Assembly: GCA_000388065.2 (NCBI GenBank)
Contig: KB932202.1
Reading direction: 5' to 3' (one strand)
From: Fonticula alba ATCC 38817
Taxonomy: Eukaryota > Protista > Nucleariida
DNA length: 15,363 bases
Below the pieces are notes generated by a model, which saw nothing but the letters and a program-made list of their open reading frames with translations, ran no database searches and was not told the DNA's origin. Position 1 is the stretch's first letter. Each line of letters starts with the position of its first letter. Shown here piece after piece: positions 1 through 8,355 of this stretch. The position numbers and the translations under genes are program-made.

Positions 1-129
1 TCGCCGCCTGCCCCTCCTCCCCCCCCCCCCCCCCCCCACTGCGCTCCCCCTGACACACGGCCATCTCCGGGGTGCCGAGCCTCGCCCGCGCTCCGAACGC
101 TAACCCTCCTAATCTCCCCCCCACCGCAG

Positions 130-1031
130 GCGACGTCAACAAGCTCCCCTCCGAGATGAATGTCGCCTCGTACAAGCCGGCCTTCGCGGCCATCGGCGAT
201 GACGCGGTTTTCTTCAGTCTCGGGTCCAGCAACAAGATTCTCTTCCTCGGCGCCGCCGACGGGGTCTCCGGCCACCGGCAGAACAACCACGACCCGTCCC
301 TTTTCTCCTGGAAGCTCGTGCGCGAGCTCAAGCGCCGGGCGGCGCACATCTCGGCCCTCTCAGCACCGGCCATGTCGCGCCTGGTGGCCGAGAGCCACAT
401 GGCGGCCATCAGCGACCCGGGCTACTTCCCCGGTGCGCCTCCCCGCGCCCTCCTCGCCCTCTTCCAGTGGCGGGCCCCGGCCCTTGCCCTTTCCCCCGCC
501 CGGCCATACTCACTCTCCACCGCCCCCCGCCGCCCATGTCCAGACGGCTACGTCAGCAGTTCGACGCTCGCCCTCTCCGGCATCGACCTCTCCAATCGCC
601 GGGTGTACTCCTATAACCTCGGCGACTCCGGGACACTGATCTTCGACCGGTATTCGAAGCTGGTTTTCCAATCGACCACCCAGTCGCACGCGGCCAACTT
701 CCCCTTCCAGCTGGGGGTCCCGCCGCAGATGTTCGACAGCACGGACTCCGGCTGCATCGAGACCTCCCCCGTCCTTGAGCCCTTCTCCCTGATCCTCACG
801 GCCAGCGACGGCCTGATGGACAACATCATGGTCTCCTCCCCGGAGCTGGCCACCCCGGTGTACCTGCTGCATCACACCATGCGCAGCCTCATCTCGCGCG
901 GCGCCTTTGCCGAGGCCGAGAAGAGCTTCAAAACCGGCATCGAGAATATCGCCTTCCTGGCGCACGTCTACGCCCACAAGCACAAGCGCAAGATGGACGA
1001 CGTGTCCATCGCCGGTGCCTATGTCTTTTAG
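130..1031 (+). CDS. PTC7: PTC7-family PP2C (PPM) Ser/Thr phosphatase, 5' partial; exons 130-432 and 544-1031
   Basis: PPM/PTC7 motifs in order: GDDAVF, AADGVSG, DPSLFSWKL, SSTLAL, NLGDSG, TQSHAANFPFQLG, ASDGLMDN, KMDDVSI. Intron 433-543 has donor GTGCGC, branch-like TACTCAC and a CAG acceptor, and removes a low-complexity insert. An acceptor at CGCAG 125-129 with GCTAAC at 99-104 implies an upstream exon, probably outside the window. Stop TAG at 1029-1031. Confidence 0.85.
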
Positions 1032-1129
1032 GTGGCCCCCCCCCCCCTGCCGCCCCCTGCGGCCCGAGCAGGCAAGAGAGGGTCCATGTGTATGTGGCTT
1101 TTTTTTTGCCTGCATGCATGCGTGTGTCT

Positions 1130-1132
<3 letters not shown>

Positions 1133-1160
<28 letters not shown>
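1133..1160. repeat. (TG)14 microsatellite followed by the 16-bp palindrome TGCGCGCATGCGCGCA (1163-1178)
   Basis: Read directly from the sequence, between PTC7 and the kinesin. Confidence 0.95.
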
Positions 1161-1161
<1 letters not shown>

Positions 1162-1487
1162 CTGCGCGCATGCGCGCACGTTAGAGGGGGCCAGCCGCCC
1201 GCCGGGCCCCTTTGCCGCCCTCCTTTCCCAAGCGCCCTGCCCCCGCGCTCCCCCCCCCCTCGCTCGCTAATGCCAGCCGCGTCTCCTCCGTGTCACGCCC
1301 ACGACCGCGCCTCCCATTGCCACCCATTGCACCCTCCCTGCCTCCCGGCCTCTTCCGCCAGGTCTTTTTCTTCCCCCCCTCCCCCCTGGAGCCCAGTGTC
1401 TAGATCGGCGACTGGGCGCCTCTTCCCTCCCCCCTGTCTTTTCTTCCTGCCTCATAAACCACCACCATTGCCAGCCTCTTCCCCCCC

Positions 1488-1729
1488 NNNNNNNNNNNNN
1501 NNNNNNNNNNNNNNNNNNNNNNNNNNNNNNNNNNNNNNNNNNNNNNNNNNNNNNNNNNNNNNNNNNNNNNNNNNNNNNNNNNNNNNNNNNNNNNNNNNNN
1601 NNNNNNNNNNNNNNNNNNNNNNNNNNNNNNNNNNNNNNNNNNNNNNNNNNNNNNNNNNNNNNNNNNNNNNNNNNNNNNNNNNNNNNNNNNNNNNNNNNNN
1701 NNNNNNNNNNNNNNNNNNNNNNNNNNNNN
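1488..1729. other. Assembly gap (242 N), probably containing the kinesin start codon
   Basis: N run starting after a C tract. The kinesin frame is open from the first bases after the gap. Confidence 0.95.
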
Positions 1730-1730
1730 C

Positions 1731-4700
1731 GAGGCCGAGGATGCCTTCCCGGTGCCGACTCGCCCGGTGCCGGACGCCGCCGGCCGCGGCGCCTCCACAT
1801 GCTCCATCAGTGTGGCCGTGCGCTTCCGGCCGCTGGACCGCGCTCGCGCCGGTGACAACGCCCTGCCCGCCTGGCTGATCAGCCCCCAGGGCAAGACCGT
1901 CCAGGCGGATCGTGCTGCTGCGGCTGCCGCGGCCGCGGCGACCCCACAGCCGCGCGACAGCCTGGCCCCCGGCGGGCCGACCTTCCACTTCGGTGCGTCC
2001 CGGCCGCCGGGCCGGCAGGCCACGCTGCATGCTCCTCCTCTGCCTCTGCCGCCTGTGTCCGCTCGCTGCCTCCCATCTCCGTGTCTCACCGCCCTCTCCG
2101 TTCCCCCTCCCCCGCCCGCTGGCCCAGACCACGTCTTCGACCATGCCGCCACCAACGAGGCCGTCTTCGACACCTGTGTCCATCACATTGTGCAGGCGGC
2201 CCTGCGCGGGATCAATGGTGCGCGCAGCCCCCCCCCTTCCTCTTCTTGTTGCGCCCCCTCTCGTCCTTCTCCGCTGCGCACGCGCGCGGCGCCCCCTCTC
2301 CCCACCCCCCCCCACATACACTGACATGCCAGCCACGGCACCCCCTCTCCATCGTCGCCCAGGCACCGTCTTCGCATATGGCCAGACCGCCTCCGGCAAG
2401 ACGCACACCATGTCCGGCAGCGCCGGCGACCCGGGGCTCATTTCCCGCGCGCTGGATGCCCTCTTCTCCCTCTCGGCCCAGGTACGCGGCACTCGGGCCC
2501 AGCCCCCGACGCGGCCATTCCAGGCCCCCCCCCCTCCTCCGCACTGACCCGCCCCTCTCCCCCCCCCCCCGGTTTCGGCCACCATGCTAGGACCACACAC
2601 GCACATACTCCTTCCGCCTGTCGTACATGGAGATCTACAATGACAACCTGCGGGACTTGCTGCAGCCCGGCTCCGGGACCACCATGCGCATCATCGAGGA
2701 CGCGCGCGGCGAGGTGCGCGTCCTCGGTCTCAAGGAGGTCCCGGTCGAAGCCCTGGACCAGGTCCAGCCGGTCCTCCGTGCCGGCGAAGGTACATACCAT
2801 TGCACCGGCTCGCCTGGCCCCGGGGGCCAGCCGCCGCCATCCCCGCTTGGTGGTGCTGACCGCCTTGTTGCCCCCCCCAGTGGGAACGATAGGAGACATG
2901 CTGGCGTGGCGCCAACAACAGGGGGGGGTGCGAAGAGCGAGACACCCCATCTCCGTGGATCTGGACATTGACGGCAGCCAAAAGCGGTCCCTGCCCTAGT
3001 GAGAATCGAACTCGTTTGCCTGCCCACCGAAGCCCCGCCCACTAAACCACAGCACCAAAATCGCCGGAAGGCCGGCGGCGCCAGGAAAAATAGCATTTAA
3101 ACCACGGCCTCGCGCGCCACACGGGTCGACCGTTTCTTGCTCCCCGCGCCGCCCCTGGGCGGCCGGGGGGGGGGGGGGGAGACGCGCCAGCGATCGATGT
3201 GTCCCCACCCCCTCACGTCCATGTTCCGTCCGTTGGGCACATTCCCGCTCTCCCCGGCCCCTTCTCGCGCTCGGGGGTCTCCCCTTGTTCCCCCTTGCAA
3301 TCCGCCCAGCGGGGGGGGGGGGGGGGGGAACACAGGAGCTCCCTCCGGAGAAGGAGATCGGCCCCAGCGGTGGCACCCCCTTTCCCCCGGTCCTCTCCTC
3401 CGCCCTCGCTCCTGACTCGGCCAAGCGGCCGGCCCCGATCGCGGCGCCATTCTTCCGCGGCCCCTGTGCCGGTGCCAGCCACCCGGCATGCGCGCACGTC
3501 TCTCCCTCCCTCCTCGCGCCTTCGGTCTCAACCCAAGCCCTCGCTCCCGCGCCCCGCCTTTGTCCCTCCCTCTCTCTTTCTCTGCCTCCCTCTCCCGCCT
3601 GTGTCCTCTCCCCCGCTTTCCCGCCTCTCGCTCCCCCCCCCCCCNNNNNNNNNNNNNNNNNNNNNNNNNNNNNNNNNNNNNNNNNNNNNNNNNNNNNNNN
3701 NNNNNNNNNNNNNNNNNNCCTTCCGCCCAGCCGAGCGTCACGTCGGCTCGACAAACATGAACGACCGGAGCAGCCGGTCGCACACCATCCTCCGCGTGGC
3801 GGTGGAGAGCCGACCGGCCGCCTCGCCGGCGCCCGGCCCCGCGGGACCCGGCGCCCCGGCCCTCGGCGCCGTGCGGATATCCTGCCTGAACCTGGTGGAT
3901 CTGGCCGGGTCGGAGCGCGCGCGCAGCACCGGGGCCGAGGGGCTTCGCCTGCGCGAGGGCGGCGCCATCAACCGCAGCCTGCTGGCCCTGACGAATGTCA
4001 TCGCCCGGCTGGCGGCCGACCCGACCTCCGAGGCCGGCCAGCACATTCCCTACCGCGACTCGCGCATCACGCGCGTGCTGCAGAACTCCCTCGGCGGCAA
4101 TGCCCAGACGGTCATCATCTGCACCGCCACCCCGGCCCCCGGGGACTTCGAGGAAACCCTCAGCACGCTGAAGTTCGCCTCCCGGGCCAAGGACGTCAAA
4201 AACCGCCCGCAGGTCAACGAGGTCCGTGACCGTCTGCCCGCCTCGGTCGGCCATGCTCGCCTGCCCCTCGCCGCCTTGCGCGCCTGCTCCTGGGGACTCA
4301 CCTGCTCCTCGCCTTTTTTTTTTCTTTTTTTTCTTTTTTTGCTCCTTCCCTGTTCCTCCCCGTTGCACAGGTCCTCCCGGACTCGGTGCTCATCGAGCAG
4401 TACCGCCGGGAGATCGCCCGGCTGAGTGTCGAACGAGACCAGCTGCTCCGCTGGTCGTCCCTGGGCCCGGGGCCCGAGCCCGGCCCCCTGGCCACGCCCG
4501 AGCCCCCCTGCGCTCGGTGCTCTTTGGGGCCGGAGCCGGAGCCCGGGCCGGAGCCGGAGCCGGAGCCGGACCCCGGGCCGCCGGGCCCCGATGCAAATCT
4601 CCTGCAGCAGCTGGAAAGCCGCCTCCATGTGGCCGAAGCCCATACGGCCCAACTGCAGGAGGACCTGCACGTGCGTGGGTCGGCGGTCCGCTCGCTCGAG

Positions 4701-6410
4701 GCCCAGGTGCTGGCCTTGTCCTCGGAGAGCGCCTCGCTGGGGGAGGAGCTGGCCGGGTTGCAGGCCCGGTCGGCCCTGACGGCCCGGCAGCTGGCCGGCG
4801 GCCTGGACCAGCTCATCCGGCAGCTGGGTGACGGCCTCGATGCCGGGGCGGGGCCCGCCGAGCAGGCCCCCCCGGGGGAGGCCCCCCGGGCTCCGGGTGA
4901 CCGGGCGCGTGCCCTGGCCGCCGCGGCCGACGCATGCCGATGGCCGGATGTCCGCCTGTCCGGGCCCTTCGGGCCGGTGGCCGAGCAGCTGGGCATCCTG
5001 GCCGGCCGGCACCGCCAGGCCCTGGCCCAGGGGGCATGCTGGCTGCAGGCCGCCGACGAGGCGCACCGCGCGGCCACCGCATCCAAGGCCGAGGCCGCCG
5101 CGGCGGCCGCTCGCACCGCCACCCTCGAGGAGGAGGTGGCCCGTGGCCGGCAGCAGGCCGAGCGCCTGGGCGCCGAGGCGGCGGCCGCCGCCCGGCAAGC
5201 GGCGCAGCTGGAGCGCGACTGTGCCACGCTGGCCCGCGAGCGGGACCTCCTGGTGGCCGAGCGGGCCACCATCGTGGCCGAGCAGAAGGCCGGGGCCCGG
5301 CACCGGGACCAGCTCCAGGCCGACCTGGCCCAGAGGGCCGCCGAGTGCGAGCGCCTGGCCCGGGAAAACCGCGCCCTCATGGCCGAGCACCGGGACCTGG
5401 CGCAGCGCCTGGCGACGCGGGCCGGCCCGGCGCCCCGGGCCACGGCCGAGCACCCCGCCGGCCAGGCCGCCGAGCAGACCCCCAAGCAGCCGGGCCCGCC
5501 GGAGCCGGGCCCGCCGGAGCCGGGCCCCCCCTCGGAGGGGCTCCTCTCGACGCCGCAATCCGAGCCGCTGGGTCCCGGGGGCTCGTCGCCCGACCATCCT
5601 GCGGCCCCCTTGCCCGGGCCGGGCGCCGGGTCGCCAAGCACCCCCGAGGCGCGGCGCCGGCGGCGCTCCCCCTCGCCCGATGGCGAGGGCCCCGGTTCGG
5701 TGAAGCGGCCGCGGCCGCTGGCCGACCCCGGCCCCGGGGCCGCGAGCGTGCCCGGCCCCGAGGCCGAGCCCCCTCGGCCGGGTGCGGGGCCGCCGGCCGG
5801 CTGCCAGCTGGAGGTGCTGGCCGAGCGGGACCGCCTGCGCGCCGAGCTGGCCACCGCACGGGAGCAGCTCCGTGACGCGGAGCGCCGGCTGCGGGAGCTG
5901 GCCACGGCCGAGCCCCGGACCCCGGGCCGGGCGGCGGACTGCCCGTCGGGCACCGCACAGCCGTCCGCCCACCCGGCGGCCCCGCACCCGGCCGAGCTGC
6001 ATGATGCCGGGCCTCGGCCCGGGTCGGGGAGCGGCCCGGCCGGGTCGCCGGGGCTGCGCGCCGGCCGGCGCATCCCCACCGCCTCGGCCTTCCTCCGGCG
6101 CTTGGAGTCTGGCCGCGGGCCCGGGCCGGGGTCCGGGGCCGCCGGGGCCGCCGGGGCCGCCGCCGGGTCGCCCACCTCCCCCTCGACGGGGCCGGGCTTG
6201 CGGCAGCGCCCCTGGTCGCGGCCAGCGGCCGCCGGGTCGCCGGGCCCGGCGGCCAGGAACCCCACGCTGGCCGCGCTGGCCGGCCACCCGCGTCCCCCCT
6301 CGCCCTCGGTGAAGTCGGCCAACCTGAGCGCCGACTCCGAGCAGGTGGCCCAGATGGCGCTCTCCTCGCTCGGGGAGATGGAGCAAGTCCCCCAGTGCCA
6401 GCAGCAGTGA
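1731..6410 (+). CDS. CENPE: Kinesin-7/CENP-E-like N-terminal motor with coiled coil and Pro/Gly-rich tail, at least 1066 aa; exons <1731-1992, 2128-2217, 2363-2481, 2591-2789, 3731-4221, 4371-6410
   Basis: The spliced product gives [13 protein letters not shown]|DHVFD, GING|[16 protein letters not shown] (P-loop), [10 protein letters not shown]|[18 protein letters not shown] (switch I), [11 protein letters not shown] (switch II), [34 protein letters not shown] and neck PQVNE|[18 protein letters not shown]. All five introns are GT-AG and phase-compatible, with 3201 nt summed. The C-terminus VPQCQQQ* resembles human CENP-E VPECKTQ*. Kinesin identity is near certain; the subfamily call is by motif memory. 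Confidence 0.9.
2980..3056 (-). ncRNA. Candidate ~77-nt RNA polymerase III transcript with vault-RNA-like architecture, antisense within kinesin intron 4
   Basis: Minus strand reads GGTGCTG TGGTTTAGTGG GCGGGGCTTCGGTGGGCAGGCAAACG AGTTCGATTCT CACTAGGGCAGGGACCGC TTTT. It has box A at +8 (3049-3039), box B (3012-3002), a T4 terminator (2983-2980), pairing 5' and 3' ends, and an AT-rich patch 30-45 nt upstream. Confidence 0.55.
3645..3718. other. Assembly gap (74 N)
   Basis: N run after a C tract inside kinesin intron 4. Confidence 0.95.
5490..5531 (+). repeat. 15-nt coding tandem repeat (PGPPE)x3 in the kinesin tail; a similar (PE/PG)n tract lies at about 4528-4590
   Basis: ccgggcccgccggag repeated; translation [14 protein letters not shown]. 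Boundaries are approximate. Confidence 0.8.
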
Positions 6411-6613
6411 CCGCCCGTGCTCCCCCCCCACCCACCCCCCCTCCTCCGTCCATTTCCTCCCTCCCCCCTTGTCCTTGTATTCCCGGCTCCCGTGACGCGT
6501 GTGTGCGCGGCGACGCACCCCGTACGATCGGCCGAACGCCACCAATACACCCCAGGCGTTGTCCTCCCTCCCCCCCCCCGCCGCCGCTTCTTTCTCGCCA
6601 CTCTCGCGTGCGA

Positions 6614-7022
<409 letters not shown>

Positions 7023-7134
7023 CCCCCCCCCCCCCCCCCCCCCGCCCGCCCGCCCGCCCTCCTGTTCGGTGCCATTCTGCACCTGCACCCGCCCCCTTCG
7101 CACAGCCATACTCGCCCGCGCGCACCCAGCTGCC

Positions 7135-7274
7135 ATGAGTCCCCCCGTCCCCCCTGGCACCACCGTCCAGGCATCCAAGCGCCTCCTGCGGCAGCACCTC
7201 CGCCAGGGTCTGATGGCCGGGGCTGCCAATGTGCAGCAACGCCGGTCCGACAGTGCGTCCTCATCTCTCCACTG

Positions 7275-7316
<42 letters not shown>

Positions 7317-8244
7317 GAAACGACACCCCCTCTCCCTGCTTCGTCGGATGCACTGACCGCCGGCCCCTCGGCAGACCAGCAGCTCTTGGCGCGGCTGCTC
7401 GAGCAGCCCGAAATCCCCCAGGCCCGCAATGTGGCCATCTATTGTGCGGACGCCGGGGAGCAGCGCGGCGAGGTAGACACCGACACCCTGGCGGCCACCC
7501 TGCTGGCGGCCGGCAAGCGCCTGTTTGTCCCGTATGTCTGGCCGCCGGGGGCCACCGACGCCGGGGGCCTGGCCAGCGGCTGCCGCATGGACATGGTCCG
7601 GGTCCGAGACCTGGAGGCCTGGCGCGCGCTCCCGGTCGGGCGCTGGGGCATCCGCGAGCCGATCATCGACCGCGACACGGAGTTCGGTGCGCCCGTCCCG
7701 CCCCCCCCCCCCTCCACCTGGCGCACGATATTGACAACCTCCCTCGACAGCTTACTCGGCCGCAGGCGATCCCACCCCACTGGACCTCATCATCATGCCC
7801 GGGCTTGGTTTCGACGCCCAGGGCGGGCGCATCGGCTTCGGACGCGGGTGCGTCCCGGCCCCGCCCCAATCACACCACCTCCCTCCTCCTCCTCCTCCTC
7901 CTCCTCCTCCTCCTCCTCTCGCGCACACCCCCTGCCAGCCACTGACCCCGAACAGCTATTACGACGAGTATGTGCGCTTCTGCGATCGGTGGGCCGACGC
8001 CCGCGGCACGCCACGGCCGCGCCTCCGTGCGTCCCTCCTCCCGGCATCCACCGCCCCCCTTGGCGCTCAGGCGCACCCGCCCGACTAACTCGACCATATT
8101 CGTGCGCCGGACCGCCCGCCCGCCACAGTGGCCATGTGCCTGCCGGAGCAGCTGGTCCCCGAGACAATGCCCCGCGAGGAGCACGATCACCGGCCCGTGG
8201 ATCGGGTCATCCTTCTGCCGCCGCGCCAGATGGGTCCCCTCTGA
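7135..8244 (+). CDS. MTHFS: 5-formyltetrahydrofolate cyclo-ligase (methenyl-THF synthetase), about 232-237 aa; exons 7135-7252, 7375-7686, 7751(or 7766)-7847, 7956-8026, 8129-8244
   Basis: Family motifs K..LRQ.LR, VAIY, EVDT, GKRLFVP, WGIREP, LDLIIMPGLGFD..G.RIGFGRG|YYDEY and EQLV...HD..VD.VI. Splicing restores the GxGxGYYD motif exactly. Donors are GTGCGT/GTGCGC and branch sites are CTGAC, TTGAC or CTAAC. Stop TGA at 8242-8244. Confidence 0.92.
7278..7311. repeat. (TG)17 microsatellite in MTHFS intron 1; a (CTC)n tract lies in intron 3 at about 7880-7917
   Basis: Read directly from the sequence. Confidence 0.95.
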
Positions 8245-8245
8245 G

Positions 8246-8267
8246 TGCGCGCGCGCGCGCGCGCGCA
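8246..8267. repeat. T(GC)10A perfect 22-bp palindrome just after the MTHFS stop
   Basis: tgcgcgcgcgcgcgcgcgcgca read directly. Confidence 0.95.
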
Positions 8268-8355
8268 TCTGTCCCCCCCCCCCCCTGCTCCATTCGCCCA
8301 TCCAAACGGACGAAGCAAATACAAGCCACACACACACACAGCATGCATTGCGCCA

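Larger units (their letters stand above)
2790..3730 (+). other. Unusually long kinesin intron 4 (941 nt, including a 74-N gap at 3645-3718)
   Basis: Donor GTACAT at 2790 (phase 1) and acceptor CCCAG at 3730 join GE to [11 protein letters not shown] with no missing motor residues. Confidence 0.85.

Noticed and set aside
72-129. GTG start of the 319-aa ORF
   Set aside because: The region has a branch site, pyrimidine tract and CAG acceptor, so it is intronic. GTG starts are a prokaryotic ORF-caller convention.
1741-1743. ATG just after the first gap as the kinesin start
   Set aside because: Out of frame with the motor domain; the true start is probably within the N-gap.
2960-2985. GCTTTTGGCT on the minus strand resembling the U2 snRNA 5' region
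   Set aside because: No AAGATCAAGTGTAGTA branch-pairing region follows. The TTTT is better explained as a Pol III terminator.
2980-3056. tRNA gene interpretation of the box A/box B element
   Set aside because: No cloverleaf: 3-bp T-stem, no anticodon stem-loop, mismatched acceptor stem, and box spacing about 6 nt too short.
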